A stretch of DNA of 64,000 nt from Octopus bimaculoides (Eukaryota): assembly GCF_001194135.2 (NCBI RefSeq), contig NC_068992.1, positions 31,697,545-31,761,544 on the forward strand, written 5' to 3'. Position 1 is the first letter of the stretch, and each line of letters starts with the position of its first letter. Positions 26,560 to 40,000 of this stretch are shown one piece after another. A program made the position numbers and the translations under genes. Below the pieces are notes generated by a model. It did not search any database and was not told the DNA's origin. It was given only the letters and a program-made list of their open reading frames with translations.

Positions 26560-27590
26560 TAACATAGATGGGGCACAATTTTCAGACTTTTTCTTTTGCT
26601 TTGTCTTAATGACTCTTTCCAAACTGATGATCATTCTGGGCCAAGTAGTGCTGATAACGTGAATCAGTGGAGTTGCCAACATCAAGAATCGTTTTGTATA
26701 ATACTTTTGAACATTTGAGCTCTTCAGTTGAAAATGATTTTGAATCCTTAAATCGTTTATCTCCATGAAAAAGGTCAAGGGGTGTGAAGTATGGTGAACG
26801 TGGAAGTTGTTCTACTTAACAAGTCAATCGAATCCACTTGTATGGTAAAATAACATCATTGTATTCTGGTTGTACTGAGGTGTCTCATCCTGCTAGAAAT
26901 AATACTCCACATCTTCAGAATCATCTTCAATGCTTGGCACTTTATTGTTGCAGCAATGTTAAACAAGTAGAACCAGTAAGAGGATGTTGCATGGCTCAGT
27001 TAAAATATTTGATGAACAGTGAATCCTTGCTGAAAACCTTTATTAGTCAAGGCAATGTCTCTTCATAATATAGTTTCTCAGATACTTCGTAGGTGGTCCC
27101 GTGGCCGATAATTCAGCTATTTGATTTGAATGCAGCCTCAATGCATTCACCTCTGTTGGACACAACATTTTTCTACGCATCTTTCCTGTATCAAACGCAA
27201 AATTCTACTTTTCGGTTTAAGTCATCTAAACTGAGAAATGGTACAATACTTGGAATATAGCTTTTCCAATGCATTGTCAGGCTGATCGATGCCCGCAGTC
27301 TGCCGGAGGGTTTTACATGATCGTTCAGAACAGTTCCAGCTGCTTCATAATTACCTTTAGTGCGATTGAGGATGTTTCGGGTAGTAGATCTGTTTGGAAA
27401 TCCCTCTCAAATTGTTCTCAGACTTCTACTACGTTTTCAGAATGCTGGAAGAACTTAAGGACAAATTTCTTTTGTATAAAGCATAATCTGTCAACATTCA
27501 TTTATGAACAGCTAAACACGTAAAAGCCACTGGACATTAAATATAATTAACTGTTAAAGTAAGTATGCATTTTTGGGACATCCTATATAA
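26560..27590 (-). mobile_element. Decayed Tc1/mariner-superfamily transposon
   Basis: TIR-like TATAGGATGTCCCAAAAATGCATAC at the 5' end (about 27565-27587); frameshifted motifs YF*QDETP, PRSPYFTPLDLF (PRSPDLTPLDF-like) and LAQNDHQF. Confidence 0.75.
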
Positions 27591-28055
27591 GTGTATATAC
27601 TTACCTACATGCATACCTACCAATNNNNNNNNNNNNNNNNNNNNNNNNNNNNNNNNNNNNNNNNNNNNNNNNNNNNNNNNNNNNNNNNNNNNNNNNNNNN
27701 NNNNNNNNNNNNNNNNNNNNNNNNNNNNNNNNNNNNNNNNNNNNNNNNNNNNNNNNNNNNNNNNNNNNNNNNNNNNNNNNNNNNNNNNNNNNNNNNNNNN
27801 NNNNNNNNNNNNNNNNNNNNNNNNNNNNNNNNNNNNNNNNNNNNNNNNNNNNNNNNNNNNNNNNNNNNNNNNNNNNNNNNNNNNNNNNNNNNNNNNNNNN
27901 NNNNNNNNNNNNNNNNNNNNNNNNNNNNNNNNNNNNNNNNNNNNNNNNNNNNNNNNNNNNNNNNNNNNNNNNNNNNNNNNNNNNNNNNNNNNNNNNNNNN
28001 NNNNNNNNNNNNNNNNNNNNNNNNNNNNNNNNNNNNNNNNNNNNNNNNNNNNNNN

Positions 28056-28087
<32 letters not shown>

Positions 28088-29321
28088 ATATATATATATA
28101 CATATATATATATACACATATACAGACAGACATGTACATGAATTCAGACATATGTATATATATACATATATATGTTTGTATGTGTGTGTGGGTTTGTACG
28201 TGTTTCTGTATGTATGTTTTATGTATGCATTTAGAATGTGTCCGGGCTACATTCGACGATTTATGGCACATAAGCTTGAAGTATGTGTGTACGCATTCGA
28301 CTGAGTATGTTTCTAGCTTTGATGGCGCTAGTGTGTAATTGCATGTATTTCACTCTAAGCTCAAACCTGATCTACTTAATGGAATATAATTATGAATCTT
28401 AAACACCAGGTATGGATAAAACAGAGACACAGACATTTATATTGGAAATTAATTTACTTCAAACTAATCCTTGAAATGATTTCTTTTATTCAATCATAAA
28501 TTTGTGGAGAAATGTGATATGTGTAGATACAGGTAAAATAGAACAAAAGATTATCTGTTCTACTAATTTACGAACGTGTTAAAGATAATTGTTTCCTCTA
28601 CTAAAATGAAAGATTATCGATAAAAATTCTATTAACGCGGGCTCAGTATGTATAATATATACATATAAAAGAAATTTACATATACAGAAGAGAAGACATT
28701 AAAGCGATTATATATATACACATCTTACACATCTGGCCGGACATCACTTTTACTGTACGCTATTTTTTATTTAAAAAAATTTTGAAAGTTATTAACTACT
28801 CCACACATATTATTCTCTCAGTTTAATACACAGACATTCCGAATATTAAGCCACAATGCATTAGCAGAACAATGCATACATGCATATATACATATATACA
28901 TAATACATACATATATACATACGTACATGCATGCCAGCTACCAAACGAATGTTGATATGAAGCCAAAAATCAGCGATATAGAAATCACATATATTGAACT
29001 ATTGCCATTAGTGTGAAATGGGCAGTTACTCTACACCCATTACAAGTTAAGGTTATACCTGTAATTATTTGAGATTTATCACAAACTGCCTATTCCACAA
29101 TGTTGAGAAATTAGGTTTCCGAAAACCAGAAAGTAGAAAAATCATTCGTAGACTAGAGATCCAAGATATCACTGGAACAAGAGTGTACACAGAAGTACGC
29201 ATTTCGATCGTTCGACATTTACATTTACACACACACATACACACACACATATATACATACATGTATATATGCATATACACATGTAAATATATATACACAT
29301 GCATGCATCCATGCACATGTG

Positions 29322-29374
<53 letters not shown>

Positions 29375-30394
29375 CCAAATATATAACCTAATATCTATAA
29401 CTAAACATTGCAAAATGAAAGGTATGTACAATTCAGTAAGAGAAACTCGTTCTGAAAGTTTGATTATTTACAATATTCTACAATGATTATTATTTCCAAT
29501 ATGATTTAATTTCTGTTAGTCATTTTTGAAGGACATTTATTTGCAAAACTCCTAGAGAGATGAGATTAATGTAGTTCATCTTTTCCATTGCGCAGGTACG
29601 CTGAAATGACGTTAGGAAAAGATGAATAAATTGGAAATAATTGAAATCTAAGTTTTTCGAGTGGTACTGAATTAGTAATTGAAAAATTTGATGTCACGTA
29701 AACTTTGTTTACATTACGTCCTCTCTCATAATCTTTTGCATCAGAAATGCAGAATGTATATATCATAGTGATACATACAGTGTATGGCGAATACCAGATT
29801 TTCAATAATATAAAGCTTTCGCTGACTTATTGAGTTGATGAAGGCTGGCACTTATCTAAATTTTAACACATATTATGGAATATAGAAACAGAATGATTCC
29901 ATTTTTTGGTATATGTCTACTTCACCGAAGTAGACAACTCCTAAACAATCCTCACGGTTAGTACACAATTTGTTCTGAGAAATTAACATTGGGGAGATAA
30001 AATTTATTTATGTTAGCTCGTATAAAATCAGCAGTAGACACGAGTTGAGGCTGGAAAAGTAATAGAAACAAAACATAATTTCAAATGAAAAATATACTTT
30101 GAAAATATACATGCGAGTAGGGTACTTGGCAGAGAGAGTGGATACTTCGCAAGCTTCAGAACGTCTTTTCTGAATTGATACTCGTAGCCTAAAGTATACT
30201 ATGCGAGCAATAGCTAGTTGGTGGTAGAGAAAAGGAAAGTAAATAGTGCCGTGTTGTTTAATAATATATGTTTGTTGAAATGTTGTATGCGGAATCCACA
30301 GTGTAGAGACTTTTAATGAAAAATACCAATGTGATTAATATTTGTATTTTCTTCACTTTTAAATGGTCTGTATTTAATACTTTGCTCGTCTTAG

Positions 30395-30478
30395 AGATAA
30401 AGAATGATTCAACATTTATGCAAGACATGGCAGTTGGTGCACTATGTAGGGAATGTGCACGTTTAACATGGATGCATG
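30395..30478 (+). CDS. Candidate internal coding exon (phase 1-1) of an unidentified host gene
   Basis: Acceptor TTTGCTCGTCTTAG, donor CATG/GTAATA, 84 nt, open frame (E)IKNDSTFMQDMAVGALCRECARLTWMH(G), GC higher than the flanks. No family recognised. Confidence 0.35.
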
Positions 30479-31465
30479 GTAATATTCAGATCACTGCGTA
30501 GTTTTCAAGATAATGAACAACGAGATAACATAGAGAAATGGAACAAGGTGATATAAATTACCTAATTATATCTTTTTATGCTCTTAAATATATTCAAGAA
30601 CTATTCCTTTTACTTGTAATAATTACGAATGATATTATTTTATAGTAATATTTTAATATATTTGGTGAAATATGTAATATTTCTAGCACATTTAATCTAT
30701 AATGAATTTGGAAATTAGTTGTAGTAGATGCAAATGACGCCCTTTTATAGTAATATTACACGCATACATTTGCTGAAACGCGTATTATTTGTAACATATC
30801 TCTAAAATATTTTGAAATTATTTCAAATCTAAATGAAAGCTATTATACTATGTTCATTTTTAATCTATTCTTACACCTTTCCGCACAATATTTTTTTCAC
30901 TTTTGCATAACAGCACTAAAACAATATGCCTGCTCAATTTGTTGATATGTCATATTCCTATGCAACTGGGTTTCCATAAATGCGGATCATGTTTTCTATT
31001 TGTATTTTTACACTTTCCAAATTTTTACTTAGTGTAATATATATTAACAATTACGATAATATATATACTTCCATTTTCCCCCATTTGCTTAAATATATTC
31101 CTTTCCATAAAATACATAAATGCATGTAGTCCTTTTATGTTGTTTATAAATAAATACTTCTGTCATATTATAGCACTGTTATAAAGAAGGTAAACGTGTT
31201 ACAAATGGATAACAAACATAGCAGCATCTTTCGAATTTAACTTTTGAAAATGTGCATTCATAACACGTTTTATTAATCTGCAACTTTAAATATATTTTTG
31301 TATATTCATGAACATTGATGATAGCTTTTTAACACCTAAGCTATTCTATGTGGAACAATTAGCATTTATTATCTTTTCTCCACAAGTCTGTTTGCTTTGG
31401 CATGGCCTACCTAAAAATGACTTCCACTAGCGACAAGGCAATTTTATTTTCATTGACATTTTATA

Positions 31466-32323
31466 TACAGAGTGGATTCAGACTAAATATAATGATATTT
31501 TATCTCTATATTTTTCAGAAACCACGTTGGAGAGCATAGACATTAAAGTTGTAGTTGAGAAAAAGGTCGCTGGCATTGTGTACCGGACACCATTTGAATA
31601 TTGGAAGAGAATTGTATCTATCATGTGGATTCACACTGGGTATAAAAAACCGGCATTATCAGTGTTGCCCAATGCTCTGTGAACATTGTAAAGCTGTCAG
31701 AAGTGACATGGACAGCTGCATCGGAGACAACGAAGCTGTGGAGAACAGGAAGGTACACAGGAAGCAGTCTCACGGCGTCTTCCCACTGGAATTCGTCAAC
31801 AGGACGAGTACATCCGTTCAGTTTAGACAGCTATGTGAAGCTGCTGGTTACTGTAGGCAATACCTGGCTAGAAGGAATTACAGTTGGAAGGTCATACTTG
31901 AGGTAGAAGGATTCGACACATTTCCATATCTCCAGAAGTGTTTGTCGGAGAATTTTTCCTGCTCCACCAGACAAAATTTTGAGACCACTTATGTCTCCTG
32001 ATTGTAATCACATAGATTACTCTGTGGTGCGCATTTGAGAAAGATACCAACAGCTCTGCCTGCTACACGAAAGCCGAACTAGAGCCCAAAATCAAGGAGG
32101 TGTTCGGTGATCTTCTCAAACACACTGTTATGAGCGCTTGTGCGAGGTTTCTGATCTGTCTATTACTCGTAATAGAAACTGAGTGCAGGTACATAGAGTA
32201 AACGCTTATCTCCCACTCATAATCTGGTTGTAATAATTGATTCTTTTAAATATTTCTTTTGGGCACATGATATTATGTATTCTCTTAACGCAAACTGTCA
32301 AAAGTTCGCTCCACCATTTTGTA
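31466..32323 (+). mobile_element. Internally deleted maT/DD37D-like mariner relic
   Basis: N-terminal KAVRSDMDSCIGDNEAVENRKVHRK joined to C-terminal LDSYVKLL..., MSPDCNHIDYSV and FEKDTNSSACYTKAELEPKIKEVF...SACARF...IE*. Confidence 0.75.
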
Positions 32324-32394
32324 ATTTTATTGCAGTATCATATGCATACATTTTGTTACAAGATTAGTGTGTAAAATATTCTTTACTTCTCTTG

Positions 32395-32696
32395 GCACTA
32401 GGGCCGAATTTTGAGGAAGGTAGGCCGTCGATTAGATCGACACCAGTACGCAACTGGTACTTAATTTATCGACCCACGTGCTAAGGTTTCGCCCAGTGTG
32501 CTAACGTTCCTTATTTCTTTATTGCCCACAAGGGGCTAAACATAGAGGGGACTAACAACGACAGACAAAAGGATTAAGTCGATTACATCGTCCCCAGTGC
32601 GTGACTGGTACTTAATTTATCGACACCGAAAGGATGAAAGGCAAAGTCGACCTCGGCGGAATTTGAACTCAGAACGTAACGGCAGACGAAATACCA
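32395..32696 (-). mobile_element. Two nested or abutting SINE fragments
   Basis: SINE body TATTTCGTCTGCCG...tail GTGGGCAATAAAGAAATAAG (ending at 32511), directly followed by a second SINE starting at AACGTTAGCAC. Confidence 0.85.
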
Positions 32697-34720
32697 ATTT
32701 CTTTATTGCCCACCGGGGGCTAAACATAAAAATAAACAGAACAACTGATGGGATCAGTAATGCGGTATGATTTTACATTAAATGTGACTTTTAAAAATTA
32801 ACTAAAATATAAAAAATCGAATGAAATTAACAATACAGTGACATTACAAATGAAGCGATCATCAGGCCACACTCCGAACCTACAAGGCCCGATCTATCGC
32901 TGGTACCTTTTTTTTTGTCCTTTTTTGTTTCGTCTATTCATACAGTCCCTTGCACGCACAGCACTCGTGCAACATGCTTCCATCTCTTTTGGAACATTCT
33001 CTCCGACAGACACCTCTTCTCCAGCCACACCTTCCTATTCAAATGAGAAGTAAAAACTGATCGTAAATTGTGGCCAGAGATAAAGTTACCTGTCTTAATT
33101 CTTTTTATTCTAGTCTTCCATACTGCCTCTTTCGCTATTGCCACAACCATGAGAAAACAAATATTACCTTCGTTTGTTAAAATTCCCGGTGGGTCAATTT
33201 TTATAATTGACTCAGTCGACAGGTGCACTCTTCCTTCGCCGGACAACAGGTGTTCAGCATAAGCCCACATTTCAGATACATCCGAAAACTGAACAATAGC
33301 GTGGGGGACGGGTTCCCTGTCTCCCCCGAATCTTGGACAGGTCGGCAACTGACNNNNNNNNNNNNNNNNNNNNNNNNNNNNNNNNNNNNNNNNNNNNNNN
33401 NNNNNNNNNNNNNNNNNNNNNNNNNNNNNNNNNNNNNNNNNNNNNNNNNNNNNNNNNNNNNNNNNNNNNNNNNNNNNNNNNNNNNNNNNNNNNNNNNNNN
33501 NNNNNNNNNNNNNNNNNNNNNNNNNNNNNNNNNNNNNNNNNNNNNNNNNNNNNNNNNNNNNNNNNNNNNNNNNNNNNNNNNNNNNNNNNNNNNNNNNNNN
33601 NNNNNNNNNNNNNNNNNNNNNNNNNNNNNNNNNNNNNNNNNNNNNNNNNNNNNNNNNNNNNNNNNNNNNNNNNNNNNNNNNNNNNNNNNNNNNNNNNNNN
33701 NNNNNNNNNNNNNNNNNNNNNNNNNNNNNNNNNNNNNNNNNNNNNNNNNNNNNNNNNNNNNNNNNNNNNNNNNNNGTTCGGAAAAACCTCTGAACTCGTG
33801 GAACATTTGTCTGGCCAGCGGAGGCCACACCCGTTCACTATCCAGGAGAATTCAGAGCCACCTCAACCTCAACGCATGCCGGCGCATCATTAACCAAGGC
33901 ATCCCTAAACCTCCCTTTAAAGGCTTTTGACAGCAGACAGAGCGTTTCACAAGTGGCGACCTGCCCTTCCAAAAAAAGCGAAAGAGCTGTCTCTCCAACA
34001 TGATCAACCACGAATCCGGACAAGGCACGACGGTCAGGTGGTATGTAATGCCCGATGCGATAAACACATTGGCCACCTCCACCCTCCCTTTCAGGGATAG
34101 CCATCGCCAAGACCAGGTCTTGACTACTGCAGCCACCCTGCTCAATACCTCCGTCCGATTCCTCTCGATCTAGAGGCCTGGTCCGAACCAAACTCCCAGC
34201 ATTGACTTACCAACCCAGGTGCCGATCTGCAAGCCGACCGACTTTTCCTGGTTAATCTTTGCTCCTGCCACATCCTCGTAAACCACAATAGTCTTACCCA
34301 CTTCACGTAGGCGTGCTACTGAGGTTACGCTGATAGTGATATCATCCGCGTAAGCCGTAACAAACCCCTCTAGACCTGGTTCTCTCGGGATGCCACTCAA
34401 CCTTCGCAGCAGGTGCTCGAGAGCCACCGTATACAAAAGTGGTGAGAGCGAACATCCTTGACGAACCGAGCGTCTGATGCAGAACGGATTCGAAAGGAAA
34501 CCGTTCACCAGAACTATCGAGTCAATGTTGAGGTACAAAGCGATAAACCACTTGAGGAAGCCAAGGCCCAGGCCGAAGCGCGCAAGCACAGTCACCAGGT
34601 ATCGATGGCCAACACTATTAAAAGCTTTAGACTGGTCCAAATGTACCAATGCCCCACCTTTGCCAGACTGGCGGAGATTTCCACACGTGGAATTTGCTTC
34701 ATTCTCAGGCGATAACATGA
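32697..34720 (-). mobile_element. 5'-truncated Tx1-clade LINE (ORF2 RT, C-terminal zinc finger, 3' UTR)
   Basis: RT motifs LDQSKAFNSV, VRQGCSLSPLLY and AYADDIT; RWLSLKGRVEVAN, KGGLGMP and TCPR..GDREPVPHAIVQ; polyA signal at about 32702-32707. Confidence 0.93.
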
Positions 34721-35299
34721 CAGAGTATGCAACTCTCTGAAAGTAACGTACGATAGAAAATTAGCATGTAGTAAATATAGAAACTGAAGTCCAGTAACAT
34801 ATACAGAAGAGGATGATGCAAATATGGACAACATTATAATCGATAGGTAGGATGATGGTGTTATTTGCTCATAGGAAGTATTGTAACCATGAAATAGTGC
34901 GAGAAAATGAAATGAATATATATTTTACACTTCAGAAATACATAGATATTTAAGAAAACTAGATAAGTAACAGAAAAAATTACGGGGACATTTTATTGTC
35001 TAAAATAGTATTCAGGAGCAAAACTGCCAATGGTAATATGGCAGTAAAACATATTGCTCTGTTTAATATGTCAGATGTATATATTCTGATATACATTGCC
35101 AGATATTTTGTAATAATGAGCCTTCAAGTGAAGTGCGTTTGGGAAAACGTCGATACCGGCTAAATTCTTGTTGATAAGAATGCAAGGCTCTTTGCAAACG
35201 AATGCACAAGAACTTCGTCGTTATAAAACGCGGAGCACTAAGATCGTTGAAGCGTTCAGATATAGAAAGGGATTTTAGAAAGGTTTTGTGCTTGAAACA

Positions 35300-37559
35300 A
35301 TAATGAATTCAAAATGCTGGTTCAGGAAATAACGCACCATATTACACTCTGTGCACTCCAGTTTCGAGATAAGTTATAATGTGGATCTTCGTCCACTTCT
35401 ATGTTACTGTCCGCATGGTAATATTCTTGTCACCACTATTATGTTGTGGCAGTATTCTACACAGGTTAGTATTTTTTACTTTATATATACTGTCGGAGCT
35501 GCCCAGTGTGAATGTTCGACTTTTTCAATTATAGCTAGAGTTCCAAATCATTCCAGCACTTTATTAACGTGGTCTAAGTCCGCGAACGGCACGTTCCTTT
35601 GGAGCCTAAAGACGGGTCTCTTATCTTTTACCTCGAACTTCGCTTTTGTCTAAGTGTAACATGATAATCCTTCCAAAAACACATTTGGAAACATTTTTAA
35701 AGAATGTTTTATCTCAGTTGTTCGACTTTATTCGCGACTTTTAACCGTGCCGGCAACATTTTCACAGAGGACGCTAATGGGGTTATCCCATATTTTAAAT
35801 AACTCCATACATTCTGTGCCAAATAGATTTTGTGATTTTTTCAACATAAATAATTGTTCTTTTCGTTTCACCTCGAAAAGTTACATTGCAAATACTGTCA
35901 CCGATGAAATATAATTTCTTTCCTGGAACCATATGCTACTTTATTTGTTTTAAATAATTTCGGCTTACCGATTTGTCACTATGTTTCTTCATTTATGATA
36001 GTGATGTCACTACCTGTGTCTCATTGCATTTTGACACTAGTTATTTCGTTTCTCACCTTGATGAATTCTCTGTTCACTGTGCAATCTTTCTTTTCTGATG
36101 AAAAACTATTTATTATTTCTCTTTTGTTTCAATTTTTGGTCATCTTAGTCCTGCAGTGCGATTTAATGTGTCTTGTGTTCCCACTACAAAAGCACTTTGC
36201 TTTTTTGAACGAACACTCTTTTCTCAGGCACCTATCACTGCATACCATATGTAGGTATCTACTGTTATATATCGTGATTTTAGTGGAACACTTTATTCGT
36301 CATCCGACTTTTCCATACTGGTTTTATCTGTAAAGAATCTCTGCTTCGATTTCTTCTTCGTTGTACCTTACTTTTGATATATCGCACTCTTCTAACAGTT
36401 TCTGGAAAGTTATATCCTTGTTCATTTCCAGCTCTGCGAGAAATTTCGTTCTGATTTCTGCGTTCTCTTTAGCAGTAAGACCCTGAACAAAACTAAGGTA
36501 CTTGAACGAGTCTGGATGTAGTTTATCCAATTTAAATCTCTTACACTCGCTGTTCACTGTACCCGAATATATGGTAAATTCTTCATGATCGCCTTTCTCA
36601 ATATTCAAACACATCCAATGTGTTGAACAACGATGTTTTCTCACTAAACATCCTACATAAATTGTCAGTAGTGTCCGGGAAATTTATGTCAGAAATTTGT
36701 TTAGGTAATATAAAGTCACATTATTTTTCATGCTCTTTTATTGCCAGTTTCCTCATAATTAGATACGTTTGCATTTCGTCGGTCTGGTCTTCGCATTATT
36801 TTTCCAAAATTAGTTCAAATCTTCGGTAATATGCCTCAAACGTGATACCTTCTTCCGGGTCATATTTAAACTCATTTATCCAATTTGTTACGCGGGCTGG
36901 CGAAAATGTATTTTCTGTTTTTTTTTTTTTTGGTTTTTTGTTTTTTTAAACGAACTTCATTATTTGTAGCATCTGTTGATGAAACATTTGTTGATATTGC
37001 TGTTTTTGCAACACAGCTAGAGCCTCAAATAAGTTTTCCATAATTTTCCGGACTTTTCGTAAAATAAGTACAACAAAAATGTTTGTTACTACTCTGTCGA
37101 GTTTTTAATTTCTGCACTTGAAAATTTTTTCAACGTCGTCCCCGCGAATTTTTTTATTTTCTCATGAAAAATAAATTGTTTTCAACGCTGTCCGCATGAA
37201 TTGTTTATAACCCCGTGGCCATTGTTATAGCGTGGATCGTCGTTCACTTGTTTATTATTGTCGGCACTGTAATATTTTTTCACCACTATTACGTTGTAGC
37301 GGTATTACGTTGTAGCGGTATTACGTTGTAGCGGTATTACGTTGTAGCGGTATTACGTTGTAGCGGTATTACGTTGTAGCGGTATTACGTTGTAGCGGTA
37401 TTCCGCGTATTATTGTTTTTGACTCGTCTGATAATTCCACAAGACGATGACTTTGAAACGTCTGCCTTGACGATAGATCGAATTCGTATATATCATGTAA
37501 CTAACACTGACTCCAGCTGAGAACTCGTACAACGACTCTACTACTACTGATTTCCTACA
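35300..37559 (-). mobile_element. Gypsy LTR retrotransposon relic (5' LTR, PBS, gag, start of pol)
   Basis: gag-like ECKRFKLDKLHPDSFKYLSFVQGLTAKENAEIRTKFLAELE (36324-36644); pre-RT RPVFRLQRNVPFA...EKVEHSHWAAPTVYIK (about 35480-35650); LTR-like block starting TGTAGG at 37559; TGG PBS at 37285-37283. Confidence 0.85.
37288..37399. repeat. Seven perfect copies of the 16-bp unit ATTACGTTGTAGCGGT
   Basis: Units start at 37288, 37304, 37320, 37336, 37352, 37368 and 37384. Confidence 0.98.
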
Positions 37560-39469
37560 ACAGCTGACTCTCTACAACTTTGTCATTTGGGAAGAGTTTA
37601 CCATTTCCAATACAACATTATCAAAAAAGTGTATAAGAAAATCCTGGCAGGTTAAAACTAACCGAACATAAAATGATAGAAAATTCATTGGAGAAATTAG
37701 GGCCATATTATCGTTAGGAGTAATCGGTACTTGAAAGTTTTGGACAGATATTTGATGGGTCTCTGTCAAATATTGATATTTCGATCTAAGAAAGAAAATG
37801 AAAGAAAAATCTAAAAGTAATAAATTTAAGAAAATGAAAGTAGTAAGGCAGACACCCGATTCTATAGCTTATAATTCGGAACGGATGTTATGAATAATAT
37901 GACGTCTCGCATGTCACGTTGAAGAACAAGGCTTCAAAGAAATTATCTGCAATTTTTCTCCATTAAACGTGTACGTTCTTGTCACCGTTATATTCAGTGT
38001 TTATCATTTTTAGAACACAAAGCGTTTTATAGGGAAAAGATTTTGAATATAAATTGGATAGTAGTCACAGTTTATAATCCCCGTTCATTTATTGATGACA
38101 AAAATCTATTCTGTAATATGGAGTAAAACCCATATGTAATAAGTAAGAGGACACTCAAAATGGCTACGCCATCTAAACAAACGCTGTTAATTTGAACGAC
38201 GGGTATATACTAAAGTATGTAGCTATTGTATATAAAGAGCATTGTGTTCCTGAAAGTGATTGCCATACATATCAAGGCACACAAGAATTAAATAAACTTT
38301 CCTGCCATTGTAGTTACACTGACTTGAAGAAAGGATGGAAACACGTTTCCATGGCATCCTTTTAAACTAACATCTGTTTACCGACTGATATGCTGTTACA
38401 ATCGTGTTAATTTTTGAGAAAATGCGTTACGAAATCTAGTGCATCAAGTAAATTTTGATTGGTCATGAAAAACACATAAACAATTTCCCCATTTCTCTGG
38501 ATGAATAAGAAGCGAAATCTGTACAATACACTTTTTTCAACTGCTGCTGTTAGGTTAGATGTTGGATGTCATAAAATCTAGAAGCTGAAAAGAAAAAAAA
38601 AATCCGATATTTTATACACTGCCCGTCACTATTTTCTATAATCAATATGCGGAGAAATATTATAGTTATCTTTACAGAATTTTCACTCGTCACCGCTTCA
38701 AAGACTATATATACATGTGTACACACATACACGTGTGTGCGTGTATACCTACGCACATACGGACACAAACAAACACACACAGATATATATATATACTCAT
38801 ACAACTTATGATGTATCACAGCATGTATCAAACGCTTCATTGTCTATTTTCTATTGAATTTTACTACACTTATAGGAAAGTATGCCTAAGCAATGTATTA
38901 TTTCATCCCCAACCCCATTCATTGTTGAATGATTCGTAGTTGTCCCAAATATCAGCTGCTTAAATATATATTATAATTTTGTTTTCAAAATTCATGCATT
39001 GATTCGGTAGTTATTTAGGATAATCTATTCGTATACAGTAATAACTCACATTGATGTTTCATAGTTTAGAGCAACCACTTCCCTTCACAACTATCTCTAT
39101 TAAGACATTTTGTAACTGATTTTCATAAATGTCAGACAATAAATTTTGCAACAGCTTGCAGCAACATAAAGAAGACTTTAAAACTCTGCAGCAAAATTTG
39201 AAAGTTGTCAAAACCGCTCACCTAAGAGTATAAATATTTATATGAAAGCATGAAAGACAATAAAGAAACATACCTGTTACACTTTTCCCTCGCAAGCACA
39301 TTAAAGTGAGTGACAGCTTTCATGCTAAATATGGATTTTCGCACCAAGAATATATTTTACATACTCTGTGAAATGATATTATTATATTTATTGTCACTTT
39401 TGGTAATTCCAGTGCAAGGCCTTGTTAAGGACTAAATTCTCGTTAATTTTATATGAACTATTTCTTCTA

Positions 39470-39790
39470 CTTCTCTTGTACGTGTTATTCGGTAAATACC
39501 CAACGGCAAACGACATCGAAGAGCCCCGAAAATCAGATGTAAAAGCCAATATAAATTTTTCCTACTTGAAGCTGGAATCGATCCTAAACACATGGGAAAA
39601 GAAGCTGCCGACCATCCATCTTGTCCAAGAATATTTCATTTCGGTTGTTCCACATTCGCGGAAAGGAGAAAGACTGGAGAAGAAGCAAAAACAAAGCAAT
39701 GCTGCATACCTGCTATACGATCAATACTCGAGACGGTTCTCTTATGACCTGACCTTCTGAGCTATGTCAGGTTTCAGCATCATGTACGTA
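39470..39790 (+). mobile_element. RTE-clade LINE 3' fragment
   Basis: PNGKRHRRAPKIRCKSQYK...AGIDPK/TWEK/EAADHPS...STFAERR resembles the RTE ORF C-terminus (GKR.RG.PK.RYKD...GID...WE..A.DR..W). Confidence 0.7.
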
Positions 39791-39968
39791 CGGAATGAAC
39801 TAAACTCGGACACGAGTGATGTTGGTGACATTATATATGTGTGTGTGTAAATATATACATATATGTATNNNNNNNNNNNNNNNNNNNNNNNNNNNNNNNN
39901 NNNNNNNNNNNNNNNNNNNNNNNNNNNNNNNNNNNNNNNNNNNNNNNNNNNNNNNNNNNNNNNNNNNN

Positions 39969-40000
<32 letters not shown>

